From assembly GCA_965153285.1 (NCBI GenBank), contig OZ229110.1: DNA of 64,000 nt. One strand, given 5' to 3'. Source of the DNA: Podarcis tiliguerta (Eukaryota). A program made the position numbers and the translations under genes. The notes under the pieces were generated by a model, which worked only from the letters and a program-made list of their open reading frames with translations, was not told the DNA's origin and ran no database searches. This document shows, piece after piece, positions 51,820 through 64,000 of this stretch (the first letter of the stretch is position 1; every line of letters starts with the position of its first letter).

Positions 51820-51982
51820 AGAATCACAGGAAGCTGCCTAATACAGAATCAGACCAATGATCCATCTAGCTTAGTATTGTCCACATTGATTGGCAGCTGC
51901 TCTCCAGAAGTCCCCCAGCCCTTCTTGAAGATGCTGGTGATGGAACCTGGGACCTTCTGCAAGCAAAGCAGGTGTCCTACCC
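51820..51982 (-). mobile_element. tRNA-derived SINE (same family as 8150-8293)
   Basis: Reverse complement GCTTTGCTTGCAGAAGGTCCCAGGTTCCATC...GAGAGCAGCTGCCAATCAATGTGGACAATACTAAGCTAGATGGA...GGCAGCTTCCT. Confidence 0.7.
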
Positions 51983-54827
51983 TTTCTCAATTCCAACCTG
52001 TGGCAAAGGGGGGGGGGGGAAGCTGGTTGTTTATCTCACCACTATATGTGTGTGTGCAAGCATGCATGAAATGCCACATCTTTCCTAAGCAACATTTTCT
52101 GCAATTTTTAAAATCTGTTGTTGAGTTTGGCAATACAGGGCAGAAGAAAGACAAAACAATGAATTACAAATTTCAACCTTCTTTTAAACTATGTGGCTAT
52201 GGCTACTGTCAGACAAAGAGACTGAAGCAGGTAGTACTTTAGTCTGTGCTGTCATAGTAAAGCTGCACATTTCTAAAAACAGCGGCAACAATGAGGAGGT
52301 AAAAAACCACACACCTCTGAATTAAAAGGGGAAAGAAGGAGCAGGAAGAGAAAGGCTATAAATAGAAGTGACAGCCGTGAAGAGTACATTATGACGGCTG
52401 TAATGGAAGGAAAGTTTTCCAGTGTTTGCCCCTTAAGCAGCGTTGGAATGCTGGTCAGTTGATCACCTACTATTATTTGTAGGTGATAGGCTATGGTAGA
52501 GGGATTCCGGCAGACACTGTCACTCAACAACTGAGCTGAGAGACAGCTGAGGAATAGGAGGTGGGAGTGTCAGATGAAAAGGATGCTGAAAGCATCCTGC
52601 AAGAAATAGAGGGCAGGGTGCATGGATACCAGCAGTGAGTAGCATCCTGGGCCAATGGAAGAGAAATACAGGCAAGGAAACCAGACCAAGGGAAGGAGGA
52701 GAAGGAGGTGGATGGAAAAGAGGGTGAGCAACAAAGGGGATTTGGTCTGCCACAGGAAGGACAGCAAGGAGGGAGAAGAGGAATAGGATAGAAAGATTAT
52801 GGGTTGTCATCCCTGGTGGCAAGGCAGAAAGAGGGAGGGGGCGAAAAAGACAGGAGAGGGCAATGCTCCAGGAGTATCAGAAGAGTATGGGAAGGCAGGA
52901 GTGAAAACATTGCCTATAAAACAGAACAGAATGGAGCAAGACAGCACTATGGGTCTTTCCTCTTAAAAACACCTCACAAGTGCCTCTGTTTACAAGCAAA
53001 GGAAGGTGTCGATATTTTACCATATTAAATTCAATTGATGTGTTCTAATCAGTTTTACTCAGATAAGATCCATTAAAAGGAATGAACATATCTAAGCTAT
53101 GGCCATTAATTTCTGTGGATCTTTTATATGTAAAAAATAGCTGAATACTACCCAGTACTTGTTTTTGTTTTGTTTAGTCCATTGTGCAGTCATAATTTAT
53201 ATCATTATTTTTAATATTACAGTTTACATACAGTTTGCTACACTAAAAACAGCACAGCACCAGCCCTTTCCTTAAAAGTAAGCAGCCCTAATAGAGATGT
53301 TTCAAAGGCCTGATTGCAGCAAGCTGCTGATTCTGTAGGCTTACCCTATCTGTACTTAAAAACTATCATAGAAACAATTTTTAAAATATATTTTTAGACA
53401 ACTGAAGTGTTACTCCACATTTTTTAATTTTGCATATTTCATCCACCTCTCCTTATTGTAAGGTCCAATGGCTATAAATTTGCCTTTTGTATAAATTACC
53501 TGTTACATAACAGCTGCTTTCAGGAAACATGATAAAATATTATTTATTTTTGATAGGAACCTATGTGAGCCTTGGCCTGGTGCACCTTCTTCAGCGTGGC
53601 CTTGAGAAGATCAGAAGCTTCTGATTCATTTTTTTCAGTATCCACAGATCCGCATTTTGTCCAAATCTTAACTAAGGTTTATTTAATTAAGCCAGCTTCG
53701 TAGCTCATGTTTTGAATTTGGCTTGCTCCAAACAAATCATAGCTAAGATTAACCAGTTGCTCAGTTTTTGACAACGTAGCAAGCTGTGATCAATCAAATT
53801 GGAAATGAAAGATTCTGAATACATCCTTCCATCTGCAATCACGCTTACTATTGTAACTCAAAGATAGGCACATACTTTCATCTAAGTATATTCATTTTAT
53901 CTCACTGAAATTATATCATACAATCCATCTGTTGTATAGCCACAACTACACGAATCAGCACAGGCATAGATCCCTTGCCCATCCCTCCCTTGTGCCTGGC
54001 TTTCAAGCAATACAGATTGCAAACTGAAGTGCCATGGTGGAGAGTGGTGGCCGGATGAGTACAATAAAGCAAACATGGATTTTCAGTTGGAGAGTTACCT
54101 GCACCTGCCTTGCATGTGTACAACAGGCAGATCAGAGGCAAGAAAAGAGGGAGGCTCCACTGAGCCCTATGCCAATCTCAAACTCTCTCCATTCAAGGGT
54201 GGACTGTGATCCATGTCTGTTCCTTTTCATATTTTGGATATACAGTATATGGAAATATATTCCAACACTGCCCATGGATTTAGGACAGACAGTTGGGGAC
54301 ACATGTAAGGAAAGTATAGTTACCTTTCCCCTATACAGATTTTTTCCAGTATCTACAGCTGTAATGTGTTTATGTACAGGGTTATAAAAGGTTGAGGTAA
54401 GCCAAGTGCAGGCACAAGTGATGAGGAAAATATGGACCTCCTTCATTGTTCTGAAGGAAATAGGGTTGGGGAGCTTTTGTGGTAGGGTGGTTCTGCTAGA
54501 CTGACAGGATTGCAATACATTTCTGAAGCTTTTTGCGATTCTCGTAGCTTATTTCATATCCTGTTTCTTTGATTAGTTACAAACCAAGATCTTCCTCACA
54601 TGATGGAAATCTGTGGTTTCTGTGAAAAAGTCATAATTACTCCTTCTCTGATGCACTCACAGTGAAATATTATGGGGTTTGCAGTTGTGATCATTACAGT
54701 ATGTCATTTGCACCTGAAATTTTGTCCGTTCACAACAGAAGTAAAAAATGGCAACCATAACATTACCTCCGCTTTTTGTATTCTGTAACTAAATTTTACT
54801 TTAGGCAGAATTTACTGTACTTATAGT

Positions 54828-54971
54828 CTGCTTTTTTCCATAAAATATGTTTAGGGGTACTCTCATTTCCCTACTCATATTGAAATACTGCCCCTCAATG
54901 TGGCCAAACTTAGATTCACAAAATGTTTAGGGGTATGCGTCCCCCAGCGTCTCTCCAGAAAAAAGGCACTG
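54828..54971. mobile_element. Short hAT-type MITE about 140 bp upstream of exon 7
   Basis: Termini TGCTTTTTTCC / GAAAAAAGGCACTG like the 39360 element; internal repeat ATGTTTAGGGGTA x2. Confidence 0.55.
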
Positions 54972-55108
54972 CTTATCCCTTGTCTTCAAAGAATTCATTA
55001 ACAACTTGAACTTCTTTCAAATATATAGAATATCTCCTTTGGAGTAATATCTGGAGTTACAGATGTTGGATTAGCATAATTAATTTAACAATCTTTTCAC
55101 TCTGGCAG

Positions 55109-55271
55109 ATATACAACAAATGGCAGTCGACTGGCTTACTGGGAATTTTTATTTTGTGGATCGTATGAGTGACACAATCTTTGTATGCAACTACAATGGA
55201 ACTGTATGTGTTATTCTGATCGATCTTGACCTCCACAACCCCAGAGCAGTTGCTGTGGATCCAAGTTTGGG
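55109..55271 (+). CDS. LRP1B: LRP1B coding exon (exon 7 equivalent), LDLR class B/YWTD repeat
   Basis: Acceptor cttttcactctggcag, donor GG/gtgagt; 163 bp, phase 1-2; (N)[53 protein letters not shown](G). Missed by the ORF track. Confidence 0.96.
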
Positions 55272-58200
55272 GTGAGTCTTTCAATGATATATTATTTGTT
55301 TGTTGTAAGATGTGTATAGGCATGCTAGGTATAAAGAAAATCAAAGCTTCCAATGGATTTCCCCCCTGTGTGTATTCTCATTAGTCTCCATTTTGAATGA
55401 TCGGTGAATGATAGCACCTCAATCTTTAATCTTTTCTCACTTGGAAAGCCTGCTGGTTATCTGAAGTTAGAACACAACATTGAGAAGCCTTGCTTTGAAT
55501 TATAAGTTTTGTTGTTTGCCCTTGCACATAGCATAAGAAAAAGATGAGGAAGAATATTTGGAAGTGAACCTAGTAGCTTGAAATACCCAAAGTAATTACA
55601 GTCTTATATTAAACAACCACCTGACCTCTTATATCACACCACGAGCCATTTCTGAAATCCTTTCAAAAGAAGTTTGTAATGTTGAAGGGAGACAGCCTTC
55701 TGCTCAAATAAAATCATTTAAAGAAAATATCCCACTGGAATGTGCTCAGGTGTGTATAGAGTAACTCCTTGCATCCCAGGCAAGATATTGTTGCTGCTGC
55801 TGCAACCTGCATCATAGTTCTCATGGGCACCCAGAAGTCTTTTTTGTGTGTGAGGGGGGGGGGAGGTACAACTGGAAGGAGAACAAATGTGGTATTTTCT
55901 ACATAGTTTCTGGTTGGTTTCTGTATCTAAGAGAATGAACGATTGAACTCCATGGACAATTGTTGAATACAAATGATAGCGTTCACAGGTTAGCAGAAGT
56001 TTGTTTCTCCTTGCTACTCACAGCCCAAAACTTTTCTGAACGTAAGATAACTGATACAGAATCTTTCTATGATATGCCTCCATAACTTGCTTCAGTTGCA
56101 ACAATTTTTTGCAGAACAATTTAGTTCCTACGTTTCCCTGTCATTTCCAAATCACAGAGGAAACTGAAAAATAACTTTGTTGTCACTGTCTCAAAAAGTC
56201 CATTGCTTAAAATTCCAATGTAATTTTTATGGAATATAGATAAGTAAGAGAGATGTCACTGCCAACTTTTTCTTTTAAATGAGGACATTGGAACTTAGTG
56301 TGTGCATATACAATAGTAAGGTACCCTTCTCAATGTGCTTTGGAGCACCAGTTAAAATATTTTGTATCTGTGTTTTTAAAAACTCAGCAGTCAAGAATGT
56401 ATATCTGTGTTATAGCAACACATTTGCAAACCTTTGGAGAATAAATGCAAAATATTAGGAACCATGTTTTGTCATTTCACCCATCATATCAACAAGTTCA
56501 TTCATTATCAGCCGCAGCAATAGACACATGGCATAATAATGTAAATGGTGTGGATGCCTGAGTTTTGAAGTGGCTACTTCAACCTTGTTTTATATTAGCC
56601 TGTAGATAGTGAAGTCCGTAGTGGCTGGTGGGGAACATCTTACAATATCCTAAGACTCTGTTCAATAAAAAGGAGAATATTTACTACAGAAGCAGCTTGT
56701 CATCCATATGTGGACTTTTGTCACTCTTTACTTAACGCCTGATTGAATATTAAGATGAATAATCACATGGGTTTAATTTTGACAAGAACAGCTTGCGTGC
56801 AAACTTTGCAAAGGAAGCTCTATGATTCTAGAATAGAGCTGCTTTTGTGTACACAGCAGATGGTAAGCTTGACTAGATCTGACTGAAGTGATGTTTCAAA
56901 AGAAATGAGTCGAAGTTGTATTTAAACTGATTTGTTTAGTAATTCTCTTAACAATGAATGGGATATTTTCAAACCACCTAGCTCCCTTTTCACGTGTATT
57001 TATTTATGCAATATATTTGGGTTTTACTTTATGCAATTTAAACTAGTAATTCTGGTCTGTTAATGGATGTTGAAGTGTAGTCTTTAGATTCCAGATATTG
57101 ACCTGCTTTTATAAAAATGATGGTTAATGGTATACCCCTTTTAAGACACAAAAGTGAAAAAGATAAGCATTTCAGCATATGTATATTGTAGCTTCTTCTG
57201 CTACTACATTTTATCTCCCCTCTTCTCTTTTTCCAAGTTCTTATTTTTCATATGAATTCATTATTACCTAACCACCAAAGCAGAATTTCTGCTTCAGTAT
57301 ATTGAGTTATTATGTCCTTACCTGTTTCATAATGATATTGGTTTTATTTAATTCTTTATTAGGTTTTTTAATAAAACTTCATCATAAGAGTGGATTGCAA
57401 GTGAAGCATGAAATGAATGGGGCATATAAATATGTGCATAACACTTTAATAAAGTTGCCTACATTCATCAGCCTTGTACATTTAATTACAAAATATGTAC
57501 ATTTTTATATTTAGCAAGTTAAACTGGGTGTTCCCATAAGGTATTATATACACACTCTTACGGGATATCTTCTGCTATTAATGTATTCAGGACCATCATC
57601 TTTTTATATTAATAGTAAACCACACTTAGCAAATGCGAGCTTTATTTATTAGTAATCGGTATTGCAAGAAACGAATTGCCCTCTTGAACCAGCTCAATCT
57701 ATTCCATTACTAGATTCCATTGACAGTGGTTTGTATTTGTCAGAGTAGGGCCTAGCATACACATAGCCATATGTTGATATCTCATTGTCCTGTTTGAGTC
57801 AGGGAGTCCAGGATATGAGCCAATTGGTCCACCAAGGCAGCCCAACTGCCTCTCTAGGTTTACTGACACTTAACTTTCTTCTGTTCTTTTCAGGCAAAGT
57901 CTGTGATTTAAAGCTCTGTCTCTGAGCACCCTCTCATTTGTGCTCTAGACTAGAGCGTTCCCTGTGAAAACCCGCAAGTTAAAGCAGAATCAGAGAAAAT
58001 GACAATCCGCAGAAAACCCGAATTGCCATTTGTTGTGCTTCAGCTTTAAAGAGCGGGTTTTTTTAGTCTGTATCTATAGCTGCAAAGGAATGAACTGATT
58101 TCTGGGACTGGGGCGTGATTGCCACCATTGCCACTTGTACAGCTTGCAGGAGTGTCCTGGCTGCTGCTGCTGATCCCAGCTGTGATCCACTGCTGCGGCC

Positions 58201-59656
58201 CGCAGGCACGATCAGTGAAATCAAATAAAAAATCGACATTTTTACAATCCCAGGGTGAAGATCTAAAACTACTTAAAAAAAAAAAGAAGAAGAAATAAAA
58301 AGACAATAATTTATAAGAGGGTTAAAATGAAATGAGATAGAATATGCTAAACCAAGCTAAGCACTCCCATGCAGGTTTCTATATGGCAGTGCTCCATGAG
58401 TGGATACAAGTTTTGAAAGCCACTTACTACACAAATGGGCCATATTACAGAGATAATCTGCCTGCTGCCATCAGCAACCACCTCCTAACCCTATTGAGCT
58501 TCCTCCACATTGAGGTGTGTGAGAGAGTGGGGGGGGGGAGAGATTGATTTGAGTTAGTCTTCCAAAAAGATTGGCTCTTGTTCTTAGGATACTGTCAAGG
58601 CCTCCATCCTGTCAAAACTCTTAGCAAGGCTTGAGAGGCATTATAGGTAGGCATTGACTTTGAAGCTGTAGCATTGCTGTGGTTTTGCTATCCAAAAATC
58701 TTCAAGGAAGTTTTTTTTTTTTTTTTTTAAGAAACTCATTCTGAAATGGAAATTTGTTCTCATTCAAGGATTAAATAAATTACATTTTGCTTTAGGGAAA
58801 TAATATTCTCAGGGCCTTTTTTGATCAAGGCTTTCTGTTAGCACTTTCAAGTGTTAGTCATTTCCAGTGATGAATATGTCCATTTCCACATAATGGAAGG
58901 ATAGGGGAAAGCTAGATTTGCTGCTAGGTAAAACGGAGAAACGCTGTCAGCTGCTGGAAAGAAAAATGGAAAAGAAAAGGAAGGGTTGGCAGTGCAGTGA
59001 TTGTAGTAATCTGGAGACATTTTCTTTCAATAGACATTGAGGTTGGAATTTGGAGATCATCCCTGGAGAATGGTGTGAAGGGGTGGAGTCTTGCTGGCTG
59101 AGAAGGCTCCAGAAGAAAACTAGGGTTTGTTGTAATTGCTACTTTACAAAGTCACCATGTTAACTTTTTTCTGAATATACTGAATCCAAGCTTACGGGTT
59201 GTAAGCTGGGCTAGACAGGGAGGGGATCTCTAATGTTTCTGACAGTGACACCACATGCATAACCCACTGCACAAAGCAAAAGATGTGTGGCAGTTGCATT
59301 TCATGTCCAAAATATGTGCTCTAACAATTTAGACCAACAGAATACACAAGCAGTTGAAATGCTTTTTGAAGTAGTATAAGTCTAGTTGGTTAAGCTCCTG
59401 GGGTTAACCCTAGCATTTTGAAAGGTTCCATAGAGAAAGATAAATCTGACAAATCATGTATGTGTATGATATTTTTTATGACATATTGCTAAAGCATTTG
59501 GGATGAACCTTTGGATTTGTGTTTTTGCTCCCATAATTCATTGTCAGAATGACAACATAGTGCCCAAATCAATTTTCTAGACTCCCCAAGCTGGAATAAA
59601 TGAAACAGAATATCTTTTTCAGTCTGCTTTGGCACTGAATTTATCAGATTTTTATA

Positions 59657-60514
59657 CAGTGGTACCTTGGTTTTAGAACAGCTTTGTTTATGAACAACTT
59701 GGAAATAGAACACTGCAAACCTGGAAATAGGTGTTCTGGTTTGTGAACTTTGCCTTGGAACTTTGCCTGTTGAGTGTGTTCCGTTTGTAAATTGAGTCCC
59801 CCGCTGCTAATCAGAGGCTTTCTGTTGAGTCTGTTGGCTTTTGAGTCCCGAGCACCCACACAACAAAGAAGTGATATTTGGAGCTTTTGTTTTTGCCGTT
59901 GTTCTTGCATTTTTGTTTGTGTGGCTTTTTCGTGGGTTTTTTTTACAGTGACTTGTTCTTCATTTTATGGGACTGACTTGTGACTGTGGCTTCTTACTAC
60001 GTTTTTGTGACTTGTGACTGTGCGAAACCCAGTTCAGCTACTGGTTGATTGTGTGACTGGATAAATGGATAAAAGCCCCCCATCTAAACAATGACTATCA
60101 TCACTGCATGTAAGAATTTTTTTATTATTATTTTTATCATCTACAGTACTGTCTTATTTATTTTATTATTTTACATTATTATTACATGACCTGGAAGCTG
60201 TACGCCGGCTCCCTCGGCCAATAAAGCGAGATGAGCGCCGCAACCCCAGAGTCAGTCACAACCGGACCTAATGGTCAGGGGTCGCTTTACCTTTACCTTT
60301 ACATTGATTATTGCTTGCATTTTATGGATCAGTGGTCTAATTAGATAGTAAAATTCATGTTAAATTGCTGTTTTAGGGTTTGTTTTTAAAAGTCTGGAAC
60401 GGATTAATCCATTTTGCATTACTTTCTATGGGAAAACACGCCTTGGTTTTATAACACTTTGGTTTTGGAACAGACTTCCAGAACGGATTAAGTTTGGGAC
60501 CTAAGGTACCACTG
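59657..60514. mobile_element. Tc1/mariner (Tigger-like) non-autonomous element
   Basis: TIRs CAGTGGTACCTTGG / CTAAGGTACCACTG, TA on both sides. Confidence 0.88.
60184..60300 (+). mobile_element. 5'-truncated Sauria SINE nested in the mariner element
   Basis: ACATGACCTGGAAGCTGTACGCCGGCTCCCTCGGCC...GGTCAGGGGTC plus (ACCTTT)n tail; imperfect TSD TTACATT(G)ATTATT. Confidence 0.85.
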
Positions 60515-60875
60515 TACACAATGTTTTTTCTATTAAAAAAACCCATACCCCTCATTAATAGACCTCATGTAGCAAACCCACCACCTAATATCACCAATTA
60601 ATAATGTGGCGGATCCACTCCCACTAACTGCCCCCAATTAAATATACTTCACAGTACACCACTTACATGAATTTCTGCAATTTACAACAGATTATCTAGT
60701 GGGGGACTTGTATGAGGGAAAACTTAATGGTTTAGAGTCTCAGGCAGGAGTTGATCAAACAAACAAGAAAAGTTTTGTTAAACAAAAGGAAGTGTATGAA
60801 ACAAAGTGGGTCAGAAAATGTGTTTTTTCAAGTTGAAGTTAACTTATTTACTTTAACTAACTCTAAGATGTCTCA

Positions 60876-61237
60876 GGGACACGGGTGGCGCTGTGGGTTA
60901 AAGCCTCAGCGCCTAGGACTTGCCGATCGAAAGGTCGGCGGTTCGAATCCCCGCGGCAGGGTGCGCTCCCGTTGCTCGGTCCCAGCGCCTGCCAACCTAG
61001 CAGTTCAAAAGCACCCTCGGGTGCAAGTAGATAAATAGGGACCGCTTACTAGCGGGAAGGTAAACGGCGTTCTGTGTGCTGCGCTGGCTCGCCAGATGCA
61101 GCTTGTCACACTGGCCACGTGACCCGGAAGTGTCTGTGGACAGCGCTGGCCCCCGGCCTCTTAAGTGAGATGGGCGCACAACCCTAGAGTCTGTCAAGAC
61201 TGGCCCGAACGGGCAGGGGTACCTTTACCTTTACCTT
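60876..61237 (+). mobile_element. Full-length Sauria SINE
   Basis: GGGACACGGGTGGCGCTGTGG A box, GGTTCGAATCC B box, (ACCTTT)3 tail, perfect TSD TAAGATGTCTCA (60864-75, 61238-49). Confidence 0.93.
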
Positions 61238-64000
61238 TAAGATGTCTCAGGGTTACACACAATACTATAGGCACAGCTGTTCTTAAACTTCAGTTACTAA
61301 AAGCAAGGTGTTACACTTCAGGTGGTAGGTGTTCGGGTGCTAGAACAGATGGTAAAATGCTCAACTCAGTTTCTGTCACTTAGATATTACAGTTAAATAC
61401 TTCCTTCACAGCTTAATACTTTGTTTCATGAGCGAGGGGCACTTCTCCTCAAGTTACCCACTCTCTTAACCATCACACACCTGAGATCTTCTAAATAGTA
61501 TAACAGATCACCAGGGGATCACCTCACCCCTTGTTACTGGGTTGGGAGTCTTCTGTACCTAGAAGAACTCTCCCCTCCTGGCTAGACTCAGACTCACTTT
61601 GTATGTTTAACATCACTCAGAACCAGTTCTCCTTATCTCACTCTCTCCCTCCCATCAAACTATATCTCTTAAGCTGAACCTTTGCCCCTTCTCAAAACCC
61701 AAACCCTATCCCTCAACTTAAATCCATCTTAAATCTCTCCCTCAGAAACTGCTCCTTTTATTCTTTCCCCCTCCCAAAGTGCTGTTCCTCCCCACTCTGT
61801 GGCTAGCTGACTCTGTAGCCAATCCATGAGAGGCTTCAGCACTCTGGTGGTGTTTCAGAGGAACAACATTACAGTACCAGACTCCAGTCTGGCTCTGCTT
61901 TGTTGCTTTCTCACTAAGCTAATCGTTGGAGGAAGAGATATTTCAGAAATCTTACATCACATTCCACAAGAATAGACAGACCTGCTAAATACAAAATCCG
62001 TTTCCAGACTCTTTAATGCTGGTTTTCTTTGCAACAAGTCCCGCTAAACTTAGTAGGGGTTACTCATGAGTAGGTGTGAACAGGAATTCAGCCTAACCTA
62101 TAACAGTGCTGGAACACATGATGGAACAAGAGTGTGCCTCTAAGAACATACTGAGTACTGTATTTTGCACATTTTACCCTTCGTTCATGGAAGAAGGGGC
62201 GGTCCTTCCAAAAATATGAGTATTCCAGGCAAATACAAACTGATATTTCTTGATTTAGGAATGCAAAGTTTCCCATGTGACTAATGAATGAAATCTGAGA
62301 GAGTGCATAAATCTAAAAATGCAGCTTACCTGCGACTCCTGGGTGCCTTTGCCAAAATCTGTTTATATCTTTAATCAATACAGTTGAGGCCTATTTCAAC
62401 CCAGTGCCAATGTCATGTGTTTTACTTCTTCCCTTGGCCTGCCCTGTGCTGGGCTGAGTACCACTTCCTGTGCCTGAGTCCACAAGTAGTTGCAGGACAG
62501 CATGGTATGAAATATATTATTTGGGGGGTCTGAAATGTGCTAACAAAAAGGACTTATGTGTGCTCATGCACTGCAAGTTGAAAACCTGTAAATCTTGAGC
62601 ATTATTGCTCTGATAGTATTTGTTTAAAAAATGCTATTATTCAGACTAAGGAATTTTTCTCTCAGTAATGGTTAAATGACAGCAATGCAGGTTTGCTGCT
62701 GGGTAGTTAAGTGATTTGGGCACACAAGTACTATTAATAGTATTAAAGCTTCTGTGGGTAACTGCAACATTCTGGGCAGCTCTCAAAATCAAATTAAGCT
62801 TAGAATTTCCTGGACTTTAGGCTGGCTGCAGAAAATGTAATATGTGAAGCACTTCTCCATTTCTAAGAGGCGAACGTAAGTAATAATTGGTTTTTTCATA
62901 TTACATTAAAACATTTATTGGATTTTTGTTATTTTTTTTAACCTGCTAGACACAGACTCCTTACGCATTTTCCTCTGCCTTAAAAAAAAATTCTGCTGGG
63001 AAAATGATGTGATATTTCTTCAAATGAAGCAAATATCAGCAGCTTCTTTTATTTCTTTTAAATAATACAGTTAAAAGAAAACTAAATTCAAAACAATTAC
63101 TTTACCTCTTAGGCCTTGCACACCTTGCCACTTTATCTTCTTTTCCGATTACTTTCAAGTAAATTGTCCATAACATAGATATCTATGCTACAAAGAGGAG
63201 AATGAAATTACACACATATTCAGTTTTGTTTTTGTTTTTGGGTTCCTTTTAGTTCAAAATGTTCTGTGATGCATACACTGGGTTGCAGTTTGGGGCTGGA
63301 ACAACCCTGTTAGAAAATAAATTAACAAATTGTGAAGGATCAAGTGCTGACCTAAAACTGTGTTTTACAATAATATATTGCATTTCCCACTTCATCAGAA
63401 TGGAATTGTTAACTGCCCCTACTCTCAGCTCTCTTTACTTGATAAATGGTACTAAGGGACCCTTCTTTTTCTGGGCACAAAGTACAAACTTGAGCTGTCA
63501 CCACCATTCTCCATCTTCTAAATTAGTATTACTCTCATTCTGCTGCCAGAACTTGTCACTTCTCATGAGACAAATAAGCATTTTATCTGTGTAGTCATAC
63601 TTACATGTTTGAAAAATAGGATGTACCTGTTTTACAGGAAATGACTGAACAAATAAAATGCTCATGAAAGGACCTCTAATAAATTGCAAAGCGATATGCT
63701 TAACAATGGGGAAAATAATTAATGTTTATATATGCACCTGCTAAGGTTTGGCTCTAGACTTTGCCTTGGTCACAGAGAACACCTCCACTGATGGAAATGG
63801 GGAGGGGGGGCTTTTGTTGTTGTTGACAATTTCCACTTCCCCCTGTGCTCTCAAAAAATCAAATTGGTGGGATGGGGAATCCGCCAAGACAGTGGTTTCC
63901 TAGATGGGAACTGGCAAACATCACCCTTTCCTTATTCTGCCAACAAGATTCCTCTGATGAACTAAAAAACTTTTTCAAGAATGGAAGTAGCCCTTCCTTT

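Noticed and set aside
52515-52990. Purine-rich block as a solo LTR (similar block at about 29690-29990)
   Set aside because: No supportable termini, TSD or polyA signal.
30794-55271. Assignment to LRP1 instead of LRP1B
   Set aside because: CQYKC, TIEV.YLNG, LDFIYN and WIESRESS motifs, the 258-bp exon 6 and the long introns fit LRP1B better.
1-64000. A novel multi-gene or prokaryote-type system (operon, CRISPR array, defence island)
   Set aside because: The sequence is vertebrate intron/exon DNA with no long ORFs, spacer-repeat arrays or operon structure.
55272-64000. LRP1B exon 8 (KLFFTDYG-type) downstream
   Set aside because: No matching peptide was found; the acceptor-like site near 63252 gives unrelated sequence.

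Overview
Vertebrate genomic DNA, most likely from a lacertid lizard (inferred from the SINE families present). The window lies inside the large LDL-receptor-family gene LRP1B on the + strand. It holds four coding exons (equivalent to human exons 4-7: EGF1, calcium-binding EGF2 and the start of the first YWTD beta-propeller) at 30794-30913, 31872-32000, 40709-40966 and 55109-55271, all with canonical AG/GT sites and consistent phases. The rest is intron, filled with Sauria and Squam3-type SINEs, L2/RTE/L1/BovB fragments, Tc1-mariner and hAT MITEs, probable solo LTRs and microsatellites. Most ORF-track entries are spurious or LINE remnants. I found no convincing novel multi-gene system. The best leads are: (i) a SINE-tail-associated cryptic acceptor that would extend exon 5 by 51 in-frame, stop-free codons; (ii) a hAT element carrying an internal BovB fragment, next to a second hAT element with an overlapping target-site duplication; (iii) a strong orphan acceptor plus CpG-rich segment in intron 7; (iv) three related solo-LTR-like elements sharing a polyA motif. 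Family names and human exon comparisons come from memory, not from database searches.
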